Assembly: GCA_043803105.1 (NCBI GenBank)
Contig: JAZDKJ010000002.1
Location: forward strand, 82,554-146,553
Source of the DNA: Candidatus Woesearchaeota archaeon
GTDB lineage: Archaea > Nanobdellota > Nanobdellia > Woesearchaeales > JAZDKJ01
Direction of reading: 5' to 3'
Length of the DNA stretch: 64,000 nucleotides
The notes beneath the pieces were generated by a model. The model was not told the DNA's origin. It ran no database searches and saw nothing but the letters and a program-made list of their open reading frames with translations. A program made the translations under genes and the position numbers. Position 1 is the stretch's first letter; every line of letters begins with the position of its first letter. Positions 19,513 to 29,276 of the stretch are shown here, piece after piece.

Positions 19513-21405
19513 ATGGCAAAGAAAGAAAAAATCATCGGTATCGATCTCGGAACAAGCAATTCTGCTGCAGCAGTTCTGCAGGCTGGTAAGCCTGTTATCA
19601 TCCCGAGCAGCGAAGGAACAACCGCCTATGGCAAGGCCTTCCCTTCTGTCGTTGCGTTTGCAAAGGAAGGCCAGCTCTTGGTTGGCGAGCCTGCAAGGCG
19701 ACAGGCAGTATCCAACCCCCAGGGCACTATCACTGCAGCAAAGCGCAAGATGGGCACGAATTTCAAGTACAAGGTGCATGGGAATGAGTACACCCCACAA
19801 CAGATCTCCGCGTTTATCCTGCAGAAGATAAAGAAAGACTCTGAGGAATTTATCGGAGAGCCTGTCAGCAAGGCTGTCATCACCTGTCCTGCCTACTTTA
19901 ATGATGACCAAAGGCAGGCAACAAAAGATGCTGGCACTATAGCAGGCCTGGAGGTAGTGAGGCTCGTTAATGAGCCTACTGCAGCCTGTCTTGCCTACGG
20001 CCTTGACAAGGCTGATCAGGAGATGAAAATCCTTGTCTTTGACCTCGGCGGTGGCACTCTTGACGTTACAGTCATGGACTTTGGTGAGGGCGTGTTTGAG
20101 GTAAAATCAACTTCTGGAGACACTCAGCTTGGCGGCACAGACATGGACGATTCATTGATGAATTTTATTGTTAAGGATTTCAAGGAAAAAGAAGGAATTG
20201 ACTTAAGTGATGACGATACGGCAATGCAGAGATTAAGAGAAGCTTCAGAGAAGGCAAAGATTGAGCTTTCCACCACTATGGAGACTGATATTAATCTGCC
20301 GTTCATAAGCGCAACAAGCAAGGGCCCGAAGCACTTGACCATGAAGATCACAAGATCAAGGCTTGAGCAGATTGTTGGTTCTATTGTGCAGAAATGCAAG
20401 GCCCCTCTTGAGCGTGCACTAAAGGACGCAAAGATTGAGGTCAAGGACATTAACAAGATAATTCTTGTCGGTGGCCCCACCAGGATGCCCATTGTGAGAA
20501 AGTTTGTTGAGGATTATATCGGAAAGAAGGCAGAAGGCGGTGTTGACCCGATGGAGTGCGTTGCGCAAGGCGCTGCAATCCAGGCAGGGGTTTTGGCCGG
20601 TGAGGTCAAGGACATTCTGTTGCTTGATGTAACGCCATTGACCTTGGGAATAGAAACCCTTGGGGGAGTGAGGACCCCTCTGATTGAGAGGAACACTACT
20701 ATTCCTACCAAGAAGAGCCAGATTTTCAGCACAGCTGCAGACAACCAGACTGCGGTTACCATAAGTGTGCTGCAGGGCGAGCGTCCTATGGCTCAGGACA
20801 ATAAGAGCCTTGGCAAGTTTGATCTTATTGGTCTTCCTCCGGCGCCTCGAGGAGTGCCTCAGATTGAGGTTGCCTTTGACATTGATGCGAACGGCATCAT
20901 CCACGTGTCTGCAAAGGATATTGCCACAGGAAAAGAGCAGAGCATCCGGATAACAGCCTCCCAGAAATTGAGCGATGAAGAGGTCAAGCGCATGCAAAAG
21001 CAGGCTGAGGAATTTGCAGACCTTGATAAGCAGAAAAAGGAAGAGGTTGAGACTGTCAACGAGGCTGACAATCTTGTCTACTCTACTGAGAAACTGTTCA
21101 AGGAGTTCAAGGGTAAGGTTGATGATGCAAAGATAGAAGAGGCTAAAAAGCCGCTCGAAGAGCTCAGGACGTTGCTTGCTGAACAGAAGAAGGATCTGGC
21201 TGCAATAAAGGCAAAGGTTCAGGAATTGAACGAAAAAGTCCAGGCAATCTCAACAGAGATGTACCAGAAGGCATCGAAAGCCAAGGGACCAGAACCTGAT
21301 ATTGCTGGTTATGACAGGGAAGAGCCTAAGGGTTCAAAAAAACGCAAGTCTGCCGAGAAGGTTGTTGATGCTGAGGTTGTTGACGAGGACGAATCAGGTA
21401 AATGA
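19513..21405 (+). CDS. dnaK: Chaperone DnaK
   Basis: [27 protein letters not shown]; GGAGG RBS. Confidence 0.98.
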   Translation: MAKKEKIIGIDLGTSNSAAAVLQAGKPVIIPSSEGTTAYGKAFPSVVAFAKEGQLLVGEPARRQAVSNPQGTITAAKRKMGTNFKYKVHGNEYTPQQISAFILQKIKKDSEEFIGEPVSKAVITCPAYFNDDQRQATKDAGTIAGLEVVRLVNEPTAACLAYGLDKADQEMKILVFDLGGGTLDVTVMDFGEGVFEVKSTSGDTQLGGTDMDDSLMNFIVKDFKEKEGIDLSDDDTAMQRLREASEKAKIELSTTMETDINLPFISATSKGPKHLTMKITRSRLEQIVGSIVQKCKAPLERALKDAKIEVKDINKIILVGGPTRMPIVRKFVEDYIGKKAEGGVDPMECVAQGAAIQAGVLAGEVKDILLLDVTPLTLGIETLGGVRTPLIERNTTIPTKKSQIFSTAADNQTAVTISVLQGERPMAQDNKSLGKFDLIGLPPAPRGVPQIEVAFDIDANGIIHVSAKDIATGKEQSIRITASQKLSDEEVKRMQKQAEEFADLDKQKKEEVETVNEADNLVYSTEKLFKEFKGKVDDAKIEEAKKPLEELRTLLAEQKKDLAAIKAKVQELNEKVQAISTEMYQKASKAKGPEPDIAGYDREEPKGSKKRKSAEKVVDAEVVDEDESGK

Positions 21406-22091
21406 GCATCCTTGCCCTCTTTGATATGGACGGCACTCTTGTAACAGGCCAGAGGACTGCCCACTGGAGAGCGTTTGCGCAGGCATGGAAAAGTGTCTAC
21501 AAAATTGATCATTTGAATTTTGACTTGAATGATATGAAGGTATGGCACAGGCATGAGGGCAAGACCGACTCAGGTGTGCTTTTTGATGTAGCAAAAGATA
21601 ATGGGATAAGGAATCCTTTAAGCAAACTTGAGGATGCCATCTTGGCGATGGATTATTCCTACGCGAAAAGAAAGGTTGTAACGAGAGCTTTACCCGGCGT
21701 CCCGAAGCTTGTCAAGGCACTGGCAAAGAATGATATTTGCCTCGGCCTTGTCACAGGCAATCTTGAGCCCATTGCAAGAAAAAAATTGAAGTTGATTGGT
21801 TTGAACAGCAGTTTTCCTGTTGGGGGTTTTGGCAATGATTCGAGGAAACGCTCTGACCTTGTTAGAATTGCCATAAGGCGGGCTGCTAAGTTGTATGGAA
21901 AGCACTTCTCTGAGGTCTTCCTGTTTGGTGATACTCCTCGCGACATTGAAGCGGCAAAGGAGAGCAATGTCAAATGCATTGCAGTTGCCACAGGTCCTTT
22001 CAGTTTGGAAAGCTTAAAGAACTGCGCGCCTTTTGCCGTTCTTCCTGACTTAACTGATATCAAGAAGGTTTTGAGTCTCTTGAATGGTTGA
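21402..22091 (+). CDS. HAD-superfamily phosphatase
   Basis: [18 protein letters not shown]. Confidence 0.88.
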   Translation: MSILALFDMDGTLVTGQRTAHWRAFAQAWKSVYKIDHLNFDLNDMKVWHRHEGKTDSGVLFDVAKDNGIRNPLSKLEDAILAMDYSYAKRKVVTRALPGVPKLVKALAKNDICLGLVTGNLEPIARKKLKLIGLNSSFPVGGFGNDSRKRSDLVRIAIRRAAKLYGKHFSEVFLFGDTPRDIEAAKESNVKCIAVATGPFSLESLKNCAPFAVLPDLTDIKKVLSLLNG

Positions 22092-22092
22092 A

Positions 22093-23181
22093 ATGGCACA
22101 AGCGAAAGATTACTACAGGACCCTTGGCGTTGACAAGAACTCTACTAAGGAGGAAGTTAAGAAAGCTTACAAGAACCTGGCCAAGAAATACCATCCTGAC
22201 ATCAATAAGTCTGATCCTAACACTGGTGAGAAGTTCAAGGAAATAAATGAAGCGGCTGCAGTTCTTGGCGATGACCAGAAGCGCGCGCATTATGACCAGT
22301 TTGGCACAGCAGACCCTGCTCCAGGCTCTGATTTCTCCGGATTTGATTTTACAGATTTCATGCACGAACAATCCTTTGATTTTGGTGATATCTTTGACCG
22401 CTTCTTTAACCGCGGTTTTGAAGATGAGGATGTTCGTGCTGCAGGCCAGAACCTCAGGATGGACCTTGAGCTGACATTAGAGGAGGCTGCAACTGGAATA
22501 ACCAAAAATGTTGTGCTCCAGAGGATGCAAACTTGTGACCATTGCAAAGGCCTTGGTGCTGAACCAGGTTCTGAAGTCAAGACATGCCCTGTCTGTCATG
22601 GCTCTGGTGTTGAACGGCAGACTCGAAGGACTCCGTTCGGGATTTTTTCCACAACCCAGACCTGCAGGCAATGCAGGGGCTCTGGAGAAGTGATTGCAAA
22701 ACCATGCCACCTTTGCCAAGGAACCGGCAAGATCAAGAAGCAGAGCAGGCTTGATATCAATATTCCCGCAGGAGTCGAGCAAGGCACCAGGCTTCGAATA
22801 AGGGGCGAGGGAGAGGCCGGTGGCCATGGTTCTGGAACAGGAGATTTATTTGTGATAATACATCTCAAGCCGCACAAGGTATTTGAGCGGCGTGGCAATG
22901 ACCTTTATCTTGAGGTTCCAATATCCTTTGCCCAGGCTGCACTCGGTGCAGATCTTGAGGTTCCCACGCTTAAGGGTAAGGCCACTTTGAAGATTCCTCC
23001 AGGCACTCAGAGCAGTACTGTCTTCAGGCTGAGAGGCAAGGGCATCCCGAGCCTTCATGGCTTTGGCACAGGAAGCGAGAACGTGCGCGTTGTTGTGCAG
23101 GTGCCTGAAAAGCTGACCAAGCGCCAGAAAGAGCTGCTCAAAGAGTTTGATTCTGAAACCGGCAAGCGCAGTCTTTTCTAG
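22093..23181 (+). CDS. dnaJ: Chaperone DnaJ
   Basis: HPD J-domain and four CxxCxGxG repeats. Confidence 0.97.
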   Translation: MAQAKDYYRTLGVDKNSTKEEVKKAYKNLAKKYHPDINKSDPNTGEKFKEINEAAAVLGDDQKRAHYDQFGTADPAPGSDFSGFDFTDFMHEQSFDFGDIFDRFFNRGFEDEDVRAAGQNLRMDLELTLEEAATGITKNVVLQRMQTCDHCKGLGAEPGSEVKTCPVCHGSGVERQTRRTPFGIFSTTQTCRQCRGSGEVIAKPCHLCQGTGKIKKQSRLDINIPAGVEQGTRLRIRGEGEAGGHGSGTGDLFVIIHLKPHKVFERRGNDLYLEVPISFAQAALGADLEVPTLKGKATLKIPPGTQSSTVFRLRGKGIPSLHGFGTGSENVRVVVQVPEKLTKRQKELLKEFDSETGKRSLF

Positions 23182-23259
23182 GTTACATCGAAAGTTTTAT
23201 AAATTATAGCACCAAAGGATTCTAAAAATTCATCATTTAGTTAAAAAGAGGTGTAAAAA

Positions 23260-23916
23260 ATGTTCTGGCGTAAAGGTGATCTTTCTCTTTCGATTAATGC
23301 GATTGTTGTACTTATTCTTGCAATAACAATTTTAGGCTTAGGGCTTGGCTTCATTAGAAGTCAGTTTAAGACCATGACTGGTGAGTTTGACAGGGTCTCT
23401 GGTGATATCAAACAGTCTATCATTGATGATATCCAGTCGTCTGGTGAGTTGCTTGCATTCAAGACAGTCTCGCTTGAAGTCCAGAAGGGAGTGCAGGGCG
23501 AGTTCTACTTTGGCATAATGAATCCTAATACAGAGGATAGGTGTTATCAGGTTGCTTTCAAGTGTATTAAGGCGCTTTCAGGGGTTGGGTGCAACGCAAC
23601 TGGCGGAGGCCTTATAGTGGTTGGAGGTTCGGTTCCACCCGTTTATAATCCAGAACCCAGGGACGCAACTAAGTTTACCTCCACCTCAAAAAGCAAATGG
23701 TTCACCACTTTCACAAATGTGACAATTCCAGGGGGATCGACCGGTGTCTACCTTGCGCAATACCAGATCTCTGGCGTTTCTGACACGTATTTAATGGAAG
23801 TCGATGCATTCCAGAGCGCTCTAAGCCAAACAAAATGCAGCGGCGCTCCAGCTACTGTCTGGTCAGAATCAACTCAATGGTGGCAATCAAAGCAGTTCTA
23901 TGTGAAGGTGAAGTAA
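23260..23916 (+). CDS. Archaeal type IV pilin-like protein
   Basis: Class III signal RKG-DLSLSINAIVVLILAITILGLGL. Confidence 0.75.
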   Translation: MFWRKGDLSLSINAIVVLILAITILGLGLGFIRSQFKTMTGEFDRVSGDIKQSIIDDIQSSGELLAFKTVSLEVQKGVQGEFYFGIMNPNTEDRCYQVAFKCIKALSGVGCNATGGGLIVVGGSVPPVYNPEPRDATKFTSTSKSKWFTTFTNVTIPGGSTGVYLAQYQISGVSDTYLMEVDAFQSALSQTKCSGAPATVWSESTQWWQSKQFYVKVK

Positions 23917-23917
23917 G

Positions 23918-24130
23918 ATGAAAAAAAGACTTACAGTTAATCAGGAATTTGAGATAATGAAGCTGGTGCTTGACAAGTTCCTTTGGCTGGGTGTTGGCAT
24001 CATGGCCTTTGGGCTTTACCAGATTTTCACCAACACTGTCGAAGCAGGGATTTATTATATTATCAGCGGTGCCATAGTGCTTATCCTGTTTATGATCATG
24101 ATCATAAAGGAATTTGAGTACATAAGGTAA
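23918..24130 (+). CDS. Small two-TM membrane protein
   Basis: 70 aa with two hydrophobic segments, between the two pilin genes. Confidence 0.75.
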   Translation: MKKRLTVNQEFEIMKLVLDKFLWLGVGIMAFGLYQIFTNTVEAGIYYIISGAIVLILFMIMIIKEFEYIR

Positions 24131-24141
24131 GGGCTCTTGCA

Positions 24142-24768
24142 GTGACGTTAGGAAAAAAGGGTATCGAGCTTTCCATTAACATGATTGTTATTCTTATTAT
24201 GTGCATTTCCATGTTTGTGGGCGGCCTTTACTTCACAAACAAGTTCATGCGATTAGCGTCAGATACAAAGGCAGATCTTGACGCCGAAACTCAGGAAAAG
24301 CTAGAAGAGCTATTGGCAGACGGCTCGCAGGTCGCAATATCATTTGACCACCAGATTGTTAAGCGAGGCCATGACACTCTCTTCGGCCTTGGAATACAGA
24401 ACACTGACAGGATTGCAAAGACATTCTATGTGAACGTGAGTTTTAGCGAAGCCTTTGCCTCAGATGGTTCAGCTATTGCTGCAGCAGCTGATTACATGAA
24501 CAGCCATTGGATTTTCTCCAGTTTTCCTGGAAGGCAGATTGACCCTAACGCCCATCTTACTTTTTCAATAAAGGTAGCTGTCCAGGGACAAGTTAGTGGC
24601 TCCCTTGGCACTCTGGCAGGTACCTATATTTTTGATGTCTGTGTTTGCGGTGTTGCTACAGGCTCTTTTGCTGACAACTGCGCACTAAAATGCCCGCCTG
24701 ACCCACCAAGTGATAGAAGCAAGCTCTACGACGGTTATGTCCATAAGATTTATGTTGAAGTTCCGTAA
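24142..24768 (+). CDS. Archaeal type IV pilin-like protein
   Basis: KKG-IELSINMIVILIMCISMF; similar layout to 23260..23916. Confidence 0.75.
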   Translation: MTLGKKGIELSINMIVILIMCISMFVGGLYFTNKFMRLASDTKADLDAETQEKLEELLADGSQVAISFDHQIVKRGHDTLFGLGIQNTDRIAKTFYVNVSFSEAFASDGSAIAAAADYMNSHWIFSSFPGRQIDPNAHLTFSIKVAVQGQVSGSLGTLAGTYIFDVCVCGVATGSFADNCALKCPPDPPSDRSKLYDGYVHKIYVEVP

Positions 24769-25484
24769 TTGGCTATAGCTGCAAAAGATTCTGGCTTTAA
24801 GCTCCCTCCACCCACAAGCACTCCCTTGATGTTTTTCTGCTGCATTAGCGCCTTTACGTTTTCTGGCGTCACAGACCCACCGTAGATCACCCGTATCTTG
24901 TTTGAATAATACTTTTTTTCAAGCAAGCCCGCAATCATCTCATGCACCTTTTCTGCTTGTTCAGGGGTGGCAATTTCTCCCTTGCTAAAGGTGCTTATTG
25001 CCCATATCGGCTCATAGGCAATCACAATATCTGTCTCCTTTACTCCTTTTAATGCTGCCTCAAGCTGTCTCTTCACAACCTCTTGCGTCTTGCCTTTTTT
25101 TCTTTCTTCAAGGTTCTCTCCGATGCAGATAATTGGAGTGAGTTTATGTTCTATTGCCAGCTTTACCTTTTTGTTTACCTGCTCATCATTTTCATTATAG
25201 TATATTCTTCTCTCAGAATGCCCTATGATAACATAATCGCAGAACTCCTTTACCATTGCAGCAGAGACCTCACCTGTGAAAGCGCCCTTTTCTTCGCTTG
25301 CTATGTTTTGCGCCCCGAGCTTTATCCCTTTGGCCCATCTTTGCGCCTCATTTAGCAAAGTGAAGGACGGGCATATCACCACGTCTGCTTTTGTGTTTTT
25401 TCTGAGTTTGTTAAACTCCTTGAAGAAGCCTTGCACCTCTGCAAGATCCTTGTTCATCTTCCAGTTTGCGACTACCAGTGCCAT
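24750..25484 (-). CDS. tpiA: Triosephosphate isomerase (bacterial type)
   Basis: ANWKMN, GAFTGEVS, IGHSERR, AYEPIWAI, YGGSV. Confidence 0.95.
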   Translation of the reverse strand: MALVVANWKMNKDLAEVQGFFKEFNKLRKNTKADVVICPSFTLLNEAQRWAKGIKLGAQNIASEEKGAFTGEVSAAMVKEFCDYVIIGHSERRIYYNENDEQVNKKVKLAIEHKLTPIICIGENLEERKKGKTQEVVKRQLEAALKGVKETDIVIAYEPIWAISTFSKGEIATPEQAEKVHEMIAGLLEKKYYSNKIRVIYGGSVTPENVKALMQQKNIKGVLVGGGSLKPESFAAIANYGTST

Positions 25485-25531
25485 GCTGCTTTTTAGGATG
25501 ATGCCTGTTATTTATTATTTTCGAAAAAGAA

Positions 25532-25681
25532 CTACTTTATGGCTGTTCCGCACGCATTGCAAACGTGAGTGTTCTTCTTAGGGTCAAAACTAGTGTTGAC
25601 TCCATACTCAAGAGCTTCGTTGCATTTTGGGCAGCGTGGCTCGAGGTATTCTACTGCTTCAAAGAAGTTGATTGCCCCCAT
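25532..25681 (-). CDS. Small zinc-ribbon protein (49 aa, below ORF-track cutoff)
   Basis: MGAINFFEAVEYLEPRCPKCNEALEYGVNTSFDPKKNTHVCNACGTAIK; CPKC and CNACG. Confidence 0.7.
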   Translation of the reverse strand: MGAINFFEAVEYLEPRCPKCNEALEYGVNTSFDPKKNTHVCNACGTAIK

Positions 25682-25737
25682 TATAGCCAATACTATATAT
25701 GTTTTGTAGGTATTTAAGGTTTTCTGTGCATCACAAT

Positions 25738-28176
25738 CTAAAAGAATCCTTTCAGGTTCTGCTGCTCCTTGCTTTCAAGCAGCTCCTTTGAGTCTATGCC
25801 GAGTACTGCAAATATCCTTTCCACTGAGGGTATTATCTGGTTCTGTATGTAGTAGCTTGCGTCATACTCCTGTTGTGTTGCCTCTTCTTCGAGCCTCACC
25901 CGATCGCCAAGCTTTCCTGTACCCTTCACCACAACAAACCTTATTATTGAGCCAGGCCCTACTGCATTGCCTTGGTTCTTGAGCCTCATCGCAGCCCGCA
26001 CATGTGGGCCTACAGAGTCATATTCCTCTATGTATTTTTGTAGCTGGGTGTGGATCACCACTTTGTCCAGAGGCACCTTGTTCGTTTTCAGCTCTTCAAT
26101 CACTTTTTTCACATAAATTAATGCGTTGTGAGGCTCTCCTGTTTTTAGCACAGTCTCTATTACCTCTCTTTGCACTTCCTTGGCTATGAGGCTCCAGTTC
26201 CTCCTCACAGTCTCAAAGCCCTTTATCCTTACGCTCCCGTTTTCAGAGAGCAGTGCATATTTTTTCTTTGCTCCGCTTGGCCCTGTCTTTAGCGATACAA
26301 AAAGACCTGCTGGATAGAAGCCCTCGTATTCAAGTTCCATCACTCCCGGGAGTCCTGAGTTCAAGCTTTCTGCAAACCTATTGGCATCCTGTACTGTCCT
26401 CTTGCCTAGGAGCAGGAACACGCTGTCTGTGTCAGAATACAGTACTTCAAATCCCTCAGCCCTTGCCTTGGTTATGACCATTTGGATATAGTATCTGCCA
26501 AATGAGGTTACAGCTTGGGCGCACTGGAGATTGTACCATCTTGCAGCATAAAAGCCAAGATAGCCATAAAACGAGTTTGCCAGGAGCTTCAAAGTCTGCT
26601 CCCTTGCCTTTAAGAGTATATGGTCTGATTTGTCTTTCATCATCTCTTTGATGCGCATCCTCCTGGTGATTAGGTCTTCTATCAGCGTGGGAATGAATCC
26701 CTTTCGCTTTGTGCAGAACCAGTGTGTTGGGTCGTCTGGCACAGTGTTTGTTCCTTCACAGCACCCGCAATTTAATGTTTCAGGTGATATGTTATGGGTG
26801 GAGATTATGCTCGGATACAGGCTCCTGAAGTCAAAGAGCACCACGTCCTTGTACAGCCCTGGTTTTGGCTCAAATACAAACGCACCTTGATATGTGTGTG
26901 CCCTCCTTTCTCTCACCTGATTGTGGTCAGGCTTGTTTGGTGCAAGCTCGCCAAACTGCTGTGACTGGCGTAGTACATACCATTCAACTAGCTGCGAGAA
27001 AGCCATTTTGCTTACGTCAAATATTGGCAGCCCGACAATCTTTACCATCTCAAATATGTTTGGAAGCAGCTTTTCGCATAGCCTGTACGTTAACAGTGCA
27101 TCATGCATGTTGTAGTTGCAGAACTCGTCCAGCTGCCTTGTGTTGCTGTCCCATGCTGCAGCCAAGAGGTCAAGGTTTACCTCTGGTTTTCCCTCTCCAA
27201 GAAGCTCTTCCGCTACTGCATCGAGTGTGTATCTGTCTATTTCCATGCCCCTTCCGACCACCTTTCGCACAAAGTTTAAGAGGTCCAGGTGCACGATCCC
27301 TACCAATGGGCTTGAGATTGTCTTCCTTCTTCTCACCTGAAGTTCTGAATGGTCCAGGTTGATGTCCAGTTTTATCTTGTACTTTTTTGCCCTAACCTCT
27401 AAATAAGGCATGTCAAATCCTTCTGAATAATATCCTACGAGAATATCAGGCTTGAAGCTGTCCAGCACCTCCTTGAACTTTTCTATGAGGCCAGCCTCAG
27501 AATTCACGAATTCCACAAACTGCAATTTTGTGCTGTATTGCTTCCATGTGTACACCTTCTGGAAGTTTGCACCGCAAAACGATAGCATTATGATTGGGTT
27601 CTTTTCGCTGTCAATATTCTTTCCCTGTGGATTGTATGTCTCAATGTCAAACGCCAGGATTTTGGGCTTTGTTATTGTGTCGTCGCTGAACTGGTTGATT
27701 GATAATGCATTGAATACTGGCACCTTTGCCCTTATCATTGCAGGCTCAACCTCAGCCTGGACCAAGGTTAGTGGTGTTATCTGCTTGTCTATGAGATAGC
27801 GCCTGACGAATTGTATGTCATATTCGTACATTCCAAGAACTTCCTGGTTTGTGGCAAGCAATTCCCTTATCGCTGGCACAGCCCTTGGCACGTTTACAAT
27901 TGTTTTGATTGCCCTCACAGTCTGCCCAAGCAATTTCTTTTGTACTACGCTTGTTTGCTTAACAAAATATTTTACGCCTTCTTCCTCTACCTCGAGCTTG
28001 TCAAGCTTCATTTGAGCTTCGCTCTTTGGCACTACATAGAAATAAGGGTCAAAATGCTCGTCTATCACGCATACCTGTTGGCCTTCTGCTGTTGTTCCGT
28101 AAAGATGGATGACTGGCTTTCCGTCTATTTCCTTGTATTGTATATCCATCGGGAAGAACTGTATTTTGGCTGCCAT
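25738..28176 (-). CDS. polB: Family B DNA polymerase (archaeal, no intein)
   Basis: DIET, FD, YNMHD exonuclease motifs; DFRSLYPS, KLLANSFYGY, YSDTDS; start set after TATA at 28199-28206. Confidence 0.96.
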   Translation of the reverse strand: MAAKIQFFPMDIQYKEIDGKPVIHLYGTTAEGQQVCVIDEHFDPYFYVVPKSEAQMKLDKLEVEEEGVKYFVKQTSVVQKKLLGQTVRAIKTIVNVPRAVPAIRELLATNQEVLGMYEYDIQFVRRYLIDKQITPLTLVQAEVEPAMIRAKVPVFNALSINQFSDDTITKPKILAFDIETYNPQGKNIDSEKNPIIMLSFCGANFQKVYTWKQYSTKLQFVEFVNSEAGLIEKFKEVLDSFKPDILVGYYSEGFDMPYLEVRAKKYKIKLDINLDHSELQVRRRKTISSPLVGIVHLDLLNFVRKVVGRGMEIDRYTLDAVAEELLGEGKPEVNLDLLAAAWDSNTRQLDEFCNYNMHDALLTYRLCEKLLPNIFEMVKIVGLPIFDVSKMAFSQLVEWYVLRQSQQFGELAPNKPDHNQVRERRAHTYQGAFVFEPKPGLYKDVVLFDFRSLYPSIISTHNISPETLNCGCCEGTNTVPDDPTHWFCTKRKGFIPTLIEDLITRRMRIKEMMKDKSDHILLKAREQTLKLLANSFYGYLGFYAARWYNLQCAQAVTSFGRYYIQMVITKARAEGFEVLYSDTDSVFLLLGKRTVQDANRFAESLNSGLPGVMELEYEGFYPAGLFVSLKTGPSGAKKKYALLSENGSVRIKGFETVRRNWSLIAKEVQREVIETVLKTGEPHNALIYVKKVIEELKTNKVPLDKVVIHTQLQKYIEEYDSVGPHVRAAMRLKNQGNAVGPGSIIRFVVVKGTGKLGDRVRLEEEATQQEYDASYYIQNQIIPSVERIFAVLGIDSKELLESKEQQNLKGFF

Positions 28177-28312
28177 ATATGGATTATTGAGAAAAACATA
28201 TATAAACATTGCGTAGTGCTTGTGTGTTTTCCGCTCCTCAGCCCTTTCCCAAAACCAGCTATTGATTTGTGACAGTTAACTTTATAAACCAACTACTTTT
28301 TTCATCTCAATC

Positions 28313-28972
28313 ATGGCAAAGAAGGCTAAGAAGCTTGAAACCAAGATCAAGAAGAAAAAATGGTTTTCCCTAGTGGCACCAAGGCTTTTCTCAGAACAGC
28401 TCCTGGGTGAGACTTTCATCGAAGACCCAAAGACTTTGATGAATAGGTATGTTACAGTCAACCTTATGGGCCTCACCGGCGACCCAAAAAAACAGTCAGT
28501 AAACGTCACCTTCAAGGTCGTTAATGTCAAGGATAACAAGGGTTATGCTGAATGCATTGCCTATGAGATGAGTCCTTCCAGCATCAAGAGGATGGTCCGC
28601 CGCAACAGGGAAAGGCTTGATGATTCTTTCCTCGCTAAGACCACTGACGGAAAAACAGTCAGAATAAAGCCTATTGTCCTCACCAGGTTTAACACAAGTA
28701 ATTCTGTTACCGCAACCCTAAGAAAAGGCATTAGGCAGCTGATAATCAAGGCTGTTGCAGCCTCATCTTTTGAGGACCTTTTGCATGACATTATTACCAA
28801 CAAATTCCAGTCAAAACTCAAGGACACCCTACGGCCGGTCTATCCATTGAGCTCGTGCGACATCAGGTTATTGAAGATTGTCAGCCAACAGCCGTTGACA
28901 GTGAAAGAAGAGCCCGCCCCAGTGCAGGAAGAGCAGCCAGTGATCCAGGAAGATGCCAAAGCCGACAATTGA
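28313..28972 (+). CDS. rps3ae: 30S ribosomal protein eS1 (S3ae)
   Basis: KKKWFSLVAP...LGET, IKRMVRR, VYPL. Confidence 0.9.
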   Translation: MAKKAKKLETKIKKKKWFSLVAPRLFSEQLLGETFIEDPKTLMNRYVTVNLMGLTGDPKKQSVNVTFKVVNVKDNKGYAECIAYEMSPSSIKRMVRRNRERLDDSFLAKTTDGKTVRIKPIVLTRFNTSNSVTATLRKGIRQLIIKAVAASSFEDLLHDIITNKFQSKLKDTLRPVYPLSSCDIRLLKIVSQQPLTVKEEPAPVQEEQPVIQEDAKADN

Positions 28973-29135
28973 TTCTGCAAAGTGCAAGGCTTCGGGAGAA
29001 TGCCTGCACACTTGTCCTATGAGTGTTTTTAGCAAAGAAGACAAGAAGATTGTTGTGAGCAAGCCTGATGAATGCATCGGCTGCATGGCATGCCAGGTTG
29101 CGTGCCCAAATAGTGCAATCAAAGTGACCCAGTGA
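28953..29135 (+). CDS. Dicluster ferredoxin
   Basis: CKASGECLHTCP and CIGCMACQVACP. Confidence 0.9.
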   Translation: MPKPTIDSAKCKASGECLHTCPMSVFSKEDKKIVVSKPDECIGCMACQVACPNSAIKVTQ

Positions 29136-29195
29136 TTTTCTATAACAGAAGACCTAAATGTTTAATTTGATATTGTTCGGTCTTCTGGTATATTC

Positions 29196-29242
29196 CAAAA
29201 GTCAAAAAAGTTACAAAAATTATTAATTATTTTTGACTTTTG
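29196..29242. repeat. 13 bp perfect inverted repeat in an AT-rich intergenic region
   Basis: CAAAAGTCAAAAA (29196-29208) and TTTTTGACTTTTG (29230-29242). Confidence 0.6.
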
Positions 29243-29276
29243 ATATAGCAAATTTATTTAAGCAGAGGAAAAATCC

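Noticed and set aside
25738-28176. Intein or split in polB
   Set aside because: Length and motif spacing are normal; no intein signatures
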